IMG/VR virus record: IMGVR_UViG_3300030451_002321
Location: 1-58,477 of that record
Length of the DNA stretch: 58,477 nt
Direction: 5' to 3' (one strand)
Source of the DNA: a virus
Lineage: Duplodnaviria; Caudoviricetes
Under the pieces are notes generated by a model. It had not been told where the DNA came from. It worked only from the letters and a program-made list of their open reading frames with translations, and searched no databases. The translations under genes and the position numbers were made by a program. Shown piece after piece: positions 9,596 through 22,300 of this stretch; the stretch's first letter is position 1, and every line of letters begins with the position of its first letter.

Positions 9596-9922
9596 TTACC
9601 GCACTCCTACGTACTTCTTGAAATCACCTTTGACGATGGTAGGCTTGCCACCAACGCCCTGCCTCTTGGAACGCTTGCGCTTGGTTGCTGCACGCTTCTG
9701 ACCCTCACTCATTGAGCCACTGGTCTTGGGCGTCTTGCTGCTGACCTTAACGGACGGACGACACTTGGGGTAGCCCTTGCTGCTTGTGTTGGCCTTGGAA
9801 CGTCCGCAGGGTGGGTGCTTGCCGTCCTTGTCCTTGCGGCTCACGTCCACCCACTTTTCCTTGAACCAACGGTTCAGGTTCTTGATGACAAGAACATCGT
9901 GGCAGGTGCATCGGTCAGTCAC
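9596..9922 (-). CDS. small basic protein (LNRWFKEKWVD...CGR...YPKCRP family)
   Basis: GTG start at 9922 overlaps the upstream TGA; K/R-rich; conserved-looking motif. Confidence 0.75.
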   Translation of the reverse strand: MTDRCTCHDVLVIKNLNRWFKEKWVDVSRKDKDGKHPPCGRSKANTSSKGYPKCRPSVKVSSKTPKTSGSMSEGQKRAATKRKRSKRQGVGGKPTIVKGDFKKYVGVR

Positions 9923-10128
9923 TTCTTCCTCACCCACGCATCGCAAATGTGGTCGGCATGACAGTTGAAGTCGTACCACTCACAGTACCCTGTTTTCGGG
10001 TCATCGGTCTTAGACGAGTCCCACGCTTTGCAGGTACCGCAGTTCTTGCCGACCCTCATTTGGGCAGCAGAAGCATGACGGTAGTTTGGAGCATCTTTCT
10101 TTGCTTTGATGATGTCCCACCAAATCAC
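9919..10128 (-). CDS. HiPIP-like four-cysteine (putative 4Fe-4S) microprotein
   Basis: NY...CGTC-x15-C-x12-CDAW spacing resembles high-potential iron-sulfur proteins; N-terminus MIWWDIIKA. Confidence 0.55.
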   Translation of the reverse strand: MIWWDIIKAKKDAPNYRHASAAQMRVGKNCGTCKAWDSSKTDDPKTGYCEWYDFNCHADHICDAWVRKK

Positions 10129-10316
10129 TTCTTTTTGCCCCCCTTCTTTTTGCGGAACTTACCACGACAGTACTGCACGGCCCAACCGTTGGCATACGCG
10201 CTTGGGTACACCTTGAACTTCCGCTTGGCCGCTGCTTTCCCTTCGGGGCACAACTTCTTTTCCAAGAAGTCAAACGCTGAATCCATGCCAAAACAATGTC
10301 CACATTCACACGTCAT
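10125..10316 (-). CDS. small basic protein (AKRKFKVYPSAYANGW family)
   Basis: Coupled by an ATGA overlap; N-terminal CxCxxC, then MDSAFDFLEKK, then a basic domain. Confidence 0.75.
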   Translation of the reverse strand: MTCECGHCFGMDSAFDFLEKKLCPEGKAAAKRKFKVYPSAYANGWAVQYCRGKFRKKKGGKKK

Positions 10317-13300
10317 GCGCCATCACCCGAGTGGTCTGATGTTCCGTAGTTCACATCTCCTTTATGCCCCTTGGGGTGGAGGGATTGACTGAATCGTGGC
10401 TTTACCGAGTAGTCGGCTCGTCGCTCAGTGTCATCGGTTTCCGCGCTTGTGCGCCTACGTGATGCGTCGCTGCGGTGATGTTGCAACGTGTTTTCGCTCA
10501 TCACGATGCGCGTTACATCATTGTCAAGTGATGTACTCATGTTGTGTGTACCGCCAAGGTTCGGACCCTTGCTTGCCGGATTACTGTCACTACTGGTGAT
10601 GTTCATGTAGTAAGCCGGGGCATAGGGCGGGTTTGTGTCAGGATTCGTCGCCCTGATGTAGTTACCGTCAGCCGCACGACCCGAGGGCATGTTGTACGCA
10701 AACAGGCCATACTTACCACCACCGGTCGCGGAGAAGTAGTTTGACCCGTACTGTGGGCTACCACTGTGCAAATTGTTGTTGGGTCGGAACATCTCAACGT
10801 GTTGGTCGTCAAGCAGGCGCACTGGGCGCAAAAGGAACGAAATTACCTTGTCCGTGAAATTGGTCTGTGCTGATGCGCTGCTGAACGTGCTTGTAGCATA
10901 TGGGTTCGCTGCCTTTCCGCTCACTGCGCCCCAACCGTAGTCGCTGACCGGGGCAAGGAAGTTGCGGGTTTCTGCCACGTACGTGCCACCAAGCGGGTTG
11001 AAGTTCGCCGTATGGCTGAGTCGTGCCACCCCGCCCACCGGTTGATTACCGAAGTTCAGTGAAGTGTAGTCGAGGTCACCAATGGTTTGCGAGCCTGCGG
11101 TCAGGCCACCAACAAGCACCACGCGCTGCCCAACACCACGGTCAGCGTGCAGACTGTGAGCCTCGGTGTTGAGTGCGATGAGGTTGTCGTCCACACCTTC
11201 GACGTTTTCTGTGTCAAGCCCAATACGCGGAGCAGAACGGGACACTGCGTCGGTGTGCTTGGTGGAGCCGGTGATGGTTTCAACACGGCTGCTGACGACC
11301 GCTTCGGGCTTGAGCAGCCCGTCTTCGTCAATTTCAAGCCGAGCACTAATGCCGCGTGGCACCTCGTCAAGCGCAAGCGTGTCGTTGCGAGCGCGAATGA
11401 ATCCGTCACCGAACACCGGCTCAGCCGTGTGGTGCGACAGGACAACACCGGTCGTGTAATCAGCCTCATTCAACGCAGTCAGCCGGTCCTCGTTGAACTG
11501 CGTGGGGTAGCGCACACCGCGACCGTTGCCCATGTCCCCAACGCGCAATGCCGTAGCAGGCATGAACAAGTCCACCAACGTGTTTGCATTGTTGTTGTTT
11601 GACGTATTCTGTCGTCCACCGAAACGTGGAATCGTCACACCGGAGGACAATGAGATGTTGCTTGACCCTGAGCCGACAATGCCCTTGAGGTTGACAAGTG
11701 GACTACCACTGTTGTACAGTCGCTCGTACGGGGTAGCATTAGTGTTGCGTCCGGGGTCATATGCGTCACCTGCATCCCACGCGGGTCTGATGCCGAATGA
11801 GCGTACAGGGAAGCGCCGTACGTCCTCACCACGGGTGTTGCCCCACCAATCCACCATGTAGTACATCACGGCCTCGTCAATGCGCTCCAAGTCCTTGCCG
11901 TTGTCGTCACCCCACCAATCACGAATGACGGTGGATTCGTTGCGCAGTGTACGCACAGGAGCGCCAAACGAGCGCGTCATACGCATACCGTCACTGTATC
12001 GCACTTGACGCTCAGCCATGTCCACTCCAAGCATACCGCTGAAGTTGGTCTGACGTTCCATGACACCGACGTAGGTTGCAGGATATGTAGCCGCACTGCT
12101 GAAGTCTGTTTTCGGCCACGTCTGCGAGTCAGCCTGCACGTACGGAGCGTATTCGGGAATCCAACCGGCAAGGGTTGAATCGCGGAAATATGCCATGCCG
12201 TACCTTGACCACTGTGGCCTGTTGTACGGTTGACGCAAACCAAAACGGTAACCGAAAGGCAACGACCTTGTTGGGTTTGATAGGGTCTTGTAATCAGTGT
12301 TGGTGACACCGCTGCTTACCGCATATGACCCGTCATCGTCTTGGTCAACCCATACCCACTTGTCGTACCCGTAGGCCTGTGAATACGTCCACGAACTTGC
12401 GGCAAAGCCGTACCCATCAAGGCGGCTAACCAACGGCCCACCGCGACTACCGCACGGCCAGTAGTTGTTGAGTGTGACTTGGGTGGTGTCGGTACCCACT
12501 GAACCCTGAACTGTGAAGTAAGCATTCAGGCTACCCGCAGCGACCACATCTCCAACACCACCCGAGTAAATTGCAGTACCAGTGGGGATTTCAGCATCAA
12601 TGGCTTGGTTGACGACAATTGCACCAGTGAACTTGGAGTCACTGCTTACTGTGTACAGTCGAGCACCAATCGCAATCACGTCACCTGACGACAACGTTGT
12701 GAGTGACGCTGGGTCAGGGTTTGTGGTAATCGTTTTCGTACTGGTGTTGATGGATTGCACCGTACGAGCAGTACCATCAGACCACCTTACAGGTAGCACT
12801 GGATTCGGTGTCTTCATCCCAAAACCAAAAGGCCCAACGCTTGCAAAGTACGGTGCGTCGTGGTAGTGGAATGTTTCAAAGTGCTCAGGCATTGAGTTGT
12901 ACGGTTTGTTGTCCACTGCCCGGTCACTTGCAGGATTGAGGAAGGTACGTGTTGAATCGGAGTAAAACGTGTACGGTCGCCCAAGGTTTGGATGCCACAT
13001 GCACAAGAATGCATCAGGAACGTGCAGACTGTTGGTGTCCCGGCTACCTTGCAACACCTGCGGTAGCATGCGCGTAATCATGCTTGACTTGGAGTCGAGG
13101 AAGACTGAGCCTGCATGGAACGTACCATACGCACGGGTAAGGCGAACCTTGGTGCCGTTGGTGATGTTACTGTGGAATGCACTCGGGGCGCTATCAAGAC
13201 CAATTGACATGGTGTCGGTGGTTGACACCTTGTTGGTGCGCCGAATACCGTTTGCATCCACGTATTCAACCAATCGGTCATAGTATGCACGCTGCGGCCA

Positions 13301-16300
13301 CATACGAGCGTCAGTAACCGTAATTGAACTTGAATTGGCGGAAACGGCAGTGGCTACAGGGTTGAGGCTGGTGAGGTCAAACACTTTGGAGTACACTTCA
13401 GGGAATTGGCTTGGGTAACCCGCAAGCGTCAGTTGTACACCAACGCTGCCTGCACCTGCACGAATGAACTCGTAGTAGTTGTCAAACCGATGGTGGTTGA
13501 GGTGTCGGAAACCAACTGATTTGGAATTGTTTGGCTCATACCGATGCACGATGCTCCACCATGGAATGTTGGTGGTAAGTCCCGGTGTAGCGTCAACAAA
13601 CATGCCGGGGTGGTACGGTAAGGTGTGACGGACAAATGCAGGTGTTTCGGTGGATTGTACACCCAACGGGTTGTACAACAACAACGGTGGAATGTTTGTG
13701 AATTGACTGCCATGGTCCGGGTCATGGTCAAGCATGACCTCGTTGATGAACACCTCGCAACCGCGCACGTCTGCGGCAGTGGCCTCAGCCAACACAAGCA
13801 CGCGAGCACCACGGGTACTGTCGGCTTCCTTGATACCCACGACCAATGCAACCTGTTGATTGGTCAGTTCCGCTACACTTCCATCGGGTAACCCCTTCCC
13901 ATCTGAGTTGTTTTGATGGTAACCAATGAGTTGTGACTTGTGCATGTTGGGTTGAATGACGATTTGGTACGAGCCAACCTCAGCGGGGTCAGGGAAGTGA
14001 TTGGACAATGTGTAGGTAGCAGCCGCCTCCAAGACGATGCTATGCCCACCCTTACTGTTGATGACCCCTGCTTGCCCTTCTGACGCCAGTACACCGTACC
14101 CATCAGCCCTTACCTTGGACTCAAACATCAGCGTGAACGCACCGCCGTGAATGTCGCTTGGTCCCGATGGTGTAGCGGACAGTGAACCGAAGACCAATTG
14201 CGGGTCGTAGTTGTTGAACTGGTCAGTTACCGAGGAAGCAATGTCTGCCCGCAGGGTCGTAAGTCCCACCTCTTCCAAGAGCGTTTGCTCAGCAAACTTG
14301 TGTGACGATGCACGAATGGCTCGATGTTTGTTGTACAGTCCTTGGTACGCAGGGTGCGCCCAGTGTCCCGGTAGCATGCCCATGGTCGGGGTGACAAAGT
14401 GGTGACCCATACGAGGCACCGCCATCGGTGTCAGTTTTGGCTTGCTCAAGATGGCGTGCGCGTTCGTTGCAGCAGAAACGCCTTGGTAGTACATCGTGTG
14501 CATTGCGTCAGGACTGTTGCCGCTGATTTCTGAGTGGTCACGCAGACGACGGGATGCAAAGAAACGGGTGCTGCCTGCGGGAATGTAGTACGACGGTACG
14601 ACCTTGAGTGAGGTGATGCTCGTCTTCACCAACTCGTCAAAGTCTGCATCCCCGACGCATCCTGTGAACGTAGCACCGCTGATGCCCGTAAAGGAGGCCA
14701 CACCACCCCGGTCGGTTGTCGGGTTGTACAGTCGCAGGAAGCGGCGGTTATCAGCAGCCTCCTCGTCACCGAACGCCGTGGAGAAGAGAGCAGCGTCAAC
14801 AGTAGCACTGACCGTGAGCGTAGTGCCTGAGTAGGACACACCGGTGAGGTCACTGTTTTGCACACCGTTGGTATGGTCGTAGTGTGTTGGGTGCTTGTGT
14901 GTATGCGTGTTACCACACTTGGTCACATGGAAGAAGAGTGTGCGGTCATGCAACTCATACGAGGTTTCCAATGGGGCATTACCCGTGGCCTCTTCCCATC
15001 CGGCAAACGTTGGGTCAGGGAACCCACCCTCACCTGCACCCTGAGAGATGTGCTCCCACTGATGGTCGGGACCGGTGGGGTAGGTGCGTGGCGCACTGGT
15101 TTCGGTGGTCCACAGGTGTTTCATGTCAGTACCAAGGTCGGGCCGAAGCATACCACCGCTGCCCATTGTTTCAGTCTGATACGCTTGGATGCGGTCAAAC
15201 CCACTGCGAACGATGATGTTGCCCGGAATGGTGTTGGGGTCAGGCAAGCGCACCTTGAGGTTCGGCTCCACGCCGCTGCCTGCAATGGCAGGTGAAAGCC
15301 CCTCAGATGCACGGTTGGACACCTTGCGGAAGCCACGAATGATGGTGCCGAAGGGTGAGCCACCCTCAACGGTGTGTACCTGTCCAGTGTCGTCCTCAAC
15401 CTCAATGGCGGCGAACTGTACCTCTTCGTTGGGGATGATGAGCACGTTACGTAGTTCTTCAGGGTGGCGAGCCGCAATTTGCGGGTGCGCCAACTCTTGA
15501 GCCTGAATGATGGGGAACATGCTACTGTTCGTGGTTTCAAACGAGAAGCGCACATTGCCGTACAGTTTCTCACCGGTCAGGTATGCAGTGCCACTGTTGA
15601 CTCGCGTGACAAAGGGCACCGAGCCAAGGCCGCGTGCGTTGAGTGCAGGTAGCGAGAGGTTGCCACCGTCCATGCGCTTCCACACCACGTGCTCGACGCT
15701 GAAGTTGCGCACTGGTGTGTTACCCAATGATTTGTACCCGTTGACGCTTGGAAGCCAGTAGGTCAGGTCGTCGTGCTTCGTGTCAAAGTCACTGCTCGAT
15801 GCAGCCGTCTTGAGGCCAAGCAACAGGTTGCGCTCAACCTCAGTCACACTGCTAAGAATGCCGGAGCCGGGGCTTTCGTCGAAGTCAAAGAACAGGTCAC
15901 CAATCTTTGCTGCTGCCGGAGTAGCGTTGAACAGGTTGTTGTCGTCTGTGATTGCACTGTGCAAAGTGTACTCAGACGTGATGAGGTCACCAGTTGGTGT
16001 GGCAGTGCCCGAAGCAATCAGGGCCTCCACGTTAGGTCCGGCGGTAGCAGGTGCATAGTACCGCTCAGCACCATGAATACGCTCGTCCCACTGAACCGTG
16101 CCTGCAAAGGTGATGGCAGTAGCGGCTGCAACACCCGCACGGGTCTTGGAGGAAACACTCAGCCAATCACCAAGTGCAGTGATACCGTCACGGTCACGCT
16201 TTGCCACAAGTGCCAGTTCGCTTTCGTACGACATCACAAGGAAACCCTTGCCAAATACACCCTGTGGGTGGTGCAGTGCATCAGGGATGGTGAAGTCAGT

Positions 16301-19300
16301 CAACGTCTGCGTGTTGACTGGTTCGCCTTGTTGAACAAATGCCCCACTGGTGTCAGCGTTACGCATGGTGTAGGTGTACGAAGTGGCGTTGATGTTGAAC
16401 GTCGTACCCGTACCACCAACGTAGTTGCGAGCATCATTGCCTTGGTAGTTTGCACCCGCGAGTGATTCAGGTGTATTTTCAAGCGCGTACACGTGTGGAA
16501 ACTGCCCATAACCGTTCATCACGGTGGACGCCGCTCCGTACGGTGAAAAGCCCAGTTTAGGATGATATGCACCCAAACCTGCTGCATAGCCCTCCGTACC
16601 GACCTTCAGTGAGTTCAGGTAGGAGTATCGCTCACCTGACCACCCAACAACACCGACTGGCCGCGTACGGTCAATGGCGTCCACAATGCCTGCAAAATGC
16701 ACTTGGGTCATGTGGGTACGCGCACTGTCGTTTTCGTTGTTGTAGCGATGCACACCCGCTTTGCTCCATACGTACACCTTTGTGGCGTTGGAATCCACAT
16801 CGGACTCCGAGGGGTGAGAACTGTCAGAATGCGTTTGTGCATCTTCCAATTTCGGGTGACCTTCGATTCGATTTGGTGCAAGGTAAAACCGTACAGTCCA
16901 TGTACCACTGTTGTTGTACACTTCTCGACTATGATACGGTGCAAACGCAGGTAGCAAAATGGAGTGAAGTGTGCGCCCGCTTTTGTCAGTACGAATCCAA
17001 CCACTTGCAGGCAACTGCTCAAGTGTTGCTTGGTTTGTACCGGATGCCTCAACGTACGTCTTTGATGCTGACCCGTCAATGTCGTAATCCGTGAACGTAA
17101 GTTCAATCCACCCATACCTGTCTTGCCGCATGGCGTTGCCCATTGAAGGTAGGTGAGTACCACCCATGGCCTTCAAAGCCCCACGACCGGGGTTTTCATT
17201 GACGGCTTGTCCAAGGACGGCTGCAAGTTCTTCACCGTTCTGACACCGCGTTGCGTCAACGATGATGAAGTCGCGGTCGAAATCGTCACCTTCTTCGGCT
17301 GACGAACCTGCAAGCATTTGCTTGGCAAGCACACCTGACACGCGGAAGGCGGTAGGGTTGACCTGATTCCAAGACTCCTTGGCCACGCGGTAGTCACTCG
17401 GTTCAAGGGGTGCGTTGAACGACATTTGGTTGTCGAGCCATGAGCCGCCGGGGTGATACCCACCGTCCATGTGGAAGGTGTAGTCGGCTTGACTGGCTGC
17501 ACCGTAACCGAGGAACGGCGCGTGCTTGTACGGGTGGGCTTTGGCGTAGTCAACAATGTTGTTACTGCTGACGGAGTTCTGCGTGTTGAAGTGTTCACCA
17601 AAGTGGTACCCGTGCTCAGGACGCTGCCACAGGCTCTTTCCACTGGACACTGCCCCTACATACGGAATACCCTCAGCGGGTGACCAGTTCATCTTCGTGA
17701 ACCAGTGATGACGGTGACGCTCGGTTTGGTATGTCCCAGTGGGTGGGCCGTAGTCGTTCCTGTCGTTGGTCAGTGTGTTTGGTAGGTACTTGTCGAACGG
17801 CACCTTGCTCCACGTATTTCCGGTCGTCACGACGTAACCGGGGTGTGGTTCAACCGCCGCATCTTCATCAGTGGTTTCGGTGAAGGGGAAGGCTTGACCG
17901 GGACCATAGATGATGTACGCCGTGTAGTTCTGCTTGGAGTTCTGCGCATCATCGTAACGAGCGATTGGATGAGCAACACGCAGGATAAGGGGTGACGGCT
18001 TTTGGTACACCATACCAACGGTGTAGCGTGACTCAACGTGGGACGGCAGGCTACTGTGTCGAGTACCGCTACCACCGTCAAGGTCAACCGCAAGCACACT
18101 GGTCTTGTTGTACACCGGTGGGTGAATGCTTGCCCGATGTTGATTGAGGAGTGCAGTGCCGGGGAAAAAAGCAAGCAGCGCGTTACAGTCAACCAAGGCA
18201 AATGATGTTGAGATTTCATTGGCGTGCTGAATACCCGCCGTACCTGTCGGCCCGCTTGAGTAGGGATGCGTATAGAAGTCGGAGTAATCGTTCTGCGTGC
18301 CGTCGTTCACGTCAAGTACGATGCCGCTGAACCCACCACCAAAGTACAACGGTACACTGTGGTCACCACTGTCCCGCGCACCACGAAAGTAGGTGACAGG
18401 TTCACTGTCCACGCTACCATGCAAACGGTAACCGTCAATCTCCCCGATAAATCGCATTACGAAGAAGTCGTCGTTGATTGTGTTTGACCCAAACTCACTT
18501 TGCCATTCAGCGGTTGCCTCTTGGTCTGTGTACGTGAACTTCGTTTCACTACCGGTTGCACTGGGCGTCTGCTTGCTGAACACCAATGCGTACTTTGTGT
18601 CGTCGTGATAAAACGGCAACCGCTCACCAAACGATGGTACGCGGTCAGGATTCGTGATGTCCTCTTGACCTGCAAGGATGAGAGCATGGCCGAGTTTGTT
18701 GGACGCCGTACGGACGTTGAACTCATTGGATGAGTAAGAGTCAATTTCCAAAATGTAGTTGTTGAGGCACGGCAGAATGTGGTCACCCGGTCGAGCCAAA
18801 AAGCGCGTACCACGGAGGTTTGACCGCCAAGTGCTGATGTCCACAGGGTCGTTGAAGGAGTCAACCAAAATGGGCGTAGGGGTGTTTGCATGGAACCCAC
18901 GACCACGGGTCCGAATCTGCACCACCGTGCGAGGAATGTAGCCAACGTCGAGTTGACGTGACGCTTCAATGTCAGCATCCGAAACCGGTGTACTGGTACT
19001 TGCGGTCAAACTCCACGATGCCGTGGCGTTTTTCTTCAACGACTCGTACTCACCAAACTCAATGTGTGCAGCCTGAATACCGTAGTCGCGGTGCAGGCTT
19101 GCACTGAACATTTCAGACAAGGGGCGTGTACCGCGTTGTGGGTTGTGGGCGCGAATAATGATGGCATCCTCAGCGACCCCCCACTCACCAAGTGTACGAC
19201 CGTCTGCTGCGTACAGGTGTCGCACGTCAACGGCAACGCCCTGCTCAACGTTCGGGTCAGTGAGGTTGATGGCTGCTACTGTTGCATACGCAAGCACCTC

Positions 19301-22300
19301 GTCGGTTACCAACGTGGTCCAATTTAGCCGAGGCGTAATCAGCAAGCCAAACTTTTTCGCGTTGGTCTTGAAGATGGTAGCGTTGTCAGTAAAGGTAGCA
19401 CCGTTGAAAAAGTGACTGACTGTGAAATTGTCACCTGCTATACCATAGAACGTATGCGTGCCTGTTACGTCGTTGGAACTGCGCGTTTCGTAGGTGAACG
19501 TGTTACCGGTTGACCCATCTGCGAATACCCCCGTTCCACTGTACGGGTCCGTGAGTTGAATGATGCCGTTGGTTAGCGGAAAGCCAAGGAAGCCAAGGAA
19601 GTCAGGATGATTGTCATAGTCCGTAGCACTCGTTGTGTACGGGGCTTCAAAGGCAATCGTCAACGAATCACCGGTGTTGTACGTGACCTTGCAATCAATG
19701 CCTGCATCAGCAGCGTACACACCGCGCCACCGGTTACCGACCCACGATGCCTCGGTCATATCAGTCGTAGGTGTGATGCGCCCAGTAGCATCACCTGTAC
19801 CAAGCATGTGATGACCAAGGGTGAAACCACCCCTCGACACGTCACTGTCGTTGATGTACACAACAATTTCATCGTCAAGTGTGGACGGCAGCACAGTCAA
19901 CTCGTTGGCAAATGCTTCGTCTATTGAACGATACACGTAGCGCACACCGTGACCGCGACCGCGATGGTCAGCAAATCGGAAGCCGTACAGGGGTGCATTT
20001 CCCACCGCATCCTCCTTTGCTGACGCCGTTGGTACATGCGAGGTATAGTCGGTGACTCCTGAGTTACCGTACTTCCTGTTGAACCGTGTGTCACCGCGTC
20101 GCCCAAGGCCAAAGTCCCCTGCATCGGGTGCGAAGCCCGGTACTCCGGCAGCAACAAGCCCACCAAAGTTGATGCGACCGATGGCGGTTGAGCCGCGACG
20201 CAATCCCTCAACAAGAGCAGTGGCAGGGGACTGAGCCTCAAACGACTCGTCAGCAACACTGTTGATGTTGGTGCCACCCATGACTGAAGACACTCGACGG
20301 GCCGTGGTGTTCTTCTTGGTGTCACTACGAGCAGCAACGTCAAGGTTGCTTGAGAAGGCGTCATCAGGCTCCTCTTGGGGCACGTACTCCCGCAGTGATG
20401 TAATTGGAGCGAAGGGGCGACCGTGCTTGTTCAACGGCAGCGGAGCAGGGTGCATGTTTTCCCCAAGCGTTTCGTCAGGCTGCGACCAAAAGTTGCGGAA
20501 GCGACCACCGTGACCGATGAGGTACTGCGGTTTGTACGTGGACTGACCCTTACTGTTGTCGAGCCATGCGCAGAAGTTACGGCTGCTTGCACCCGGAATC
20601 GTACTGTGAATGACGATGCTAAACCCTTCGTTACCGTCGAGGTCTTCCACAACGCGACCAATGTGAGCACGCAGGTACCCCATGTGACTACCTCGGTCGT
20701 GACTGTCGAACGCTTCGTCAGGGTACCACCATGGCGCAGGGTCGTAAGTTGAACCAGTAGCGGCAAAATCAGCATTAATGTGCGACGCTGAAGGGTCACG
20801 GTTCGGATTAGCAATGTCCTGTCGAACGCCAATACGTGTTAAATCAAGACGTTCGCTTTCGCCGGGGTACTGATGTGATGGGCGGCGTGCGTGGGTTCGA
20901 CCGCTTTCAGCCCCACCTTGATTGATGAGGCGCACGATTTCACGTGCAGCAGCCTCAATGTCCGTCACACCCTCTTTGACTCCAACCTCACCGAAGTCAA
21001 TGGTCATGCGACGAACAAAGTCCATCTGCGTCCAATGTGGGAGATGTTGAAGGCGGCTCTCTTCGTGGTCAGCAAGGCTCAACGTGGTGCTGCGCTTGCC
21101 CTTCAGTGCAAGGAATGCAGACACAGTACGGGTACCGTCAGGGGTGTCGAACGTTGTACTCGGGTCAGAAAGGGAATGGGTGTTGGGGTTTTGTGCAGCG
21201 CGATGGTTGCGCAATGCATTGATGAGAGGGTGGTCAGCGCCTTGGATGCGGGTCAACTTGTGGATTTCATTGCCCCAGTACGGGCTTGCAACGGCAGGTT
21301 GAACGCGAGGCAGTGTACTGTCACCCACAGTCAAACGGTCAGTCAAATTGGCCTCATGGTACAGTCCTGTATGTACGAAATGACCGTGCCCCTTTGACAT
21401 GAACAATGCGTTGTATGCTTCATTCGTAGGGTTGTTGAGTACTGTCCATGATTGCGTTGTGGTGGTGTAGGAGTTTGCTGCACTCTTCCCAATGATGTCG
21501 TGTGCGTATGCACTTTCCATGAAGTTTGACTGCTGCGTGCTGCGCAAGAATGGGTTCTCGCTCGGGAAGCCGTTGGCCACGTCAATTTGGGTGGTCAGGT
21601 AATGCGGTGCGCCGCCGTTATGTCCCATCAAGAACTTGTCCAACTTGGTCGTACCACCTTCGTAAGCGAGGTTTTGCGTGTACCCAATAGATGGGGTGGC
21701 AGCACTCGTTTGAACTTGCATGTGAAGGTCATGGAAGGCAATGAACTCACGGTCGTGACCTACATCGTAAAGCAACACGCGAGCGTGCCCATCAGTAGCA
21801 AGATACGGGTCAACATAGGCCACGGTTGGTGCTTGGGAAGCATCCAGTCCCATAGCCTTGTAGTTCTCCTCGATGGTTTTGTTGACGTGCTGAGCGTAGT
21901 TGATGGCAGTTTCCAAACAGGAGTTTCCAATCAGAAAGTTTTCCATGGGAATTGAGTCACGTGGCCGAGTTGCAAGTGTTCCCCGTCCACCGTTGAAGCC
22001 CTTCCACACCAGTTCTTCGTTGAACACACCACGACTCTTGGCGAACAAACCCTCAACTGCATGTGGGTTGTTCAGGCTCATGTTGGCCCAAACTGTGTCA
22101 CCGCTACGCAGCCCACCGGCAGCATACGGATAGACCCATGAACGATTAAGAATAGCCGATGGGTCGGTGGTTAGCACAGTTTCAGCACCAACACGGATTT
22201 TGTTGTTAATCGAAATGGCTGCTGCGTTGTTTGCTTTCAGTTCAATTTGATGATTCCCACCAGTCAGGTTGTTTGACTTGACGTAATCCACTTCACCAAG

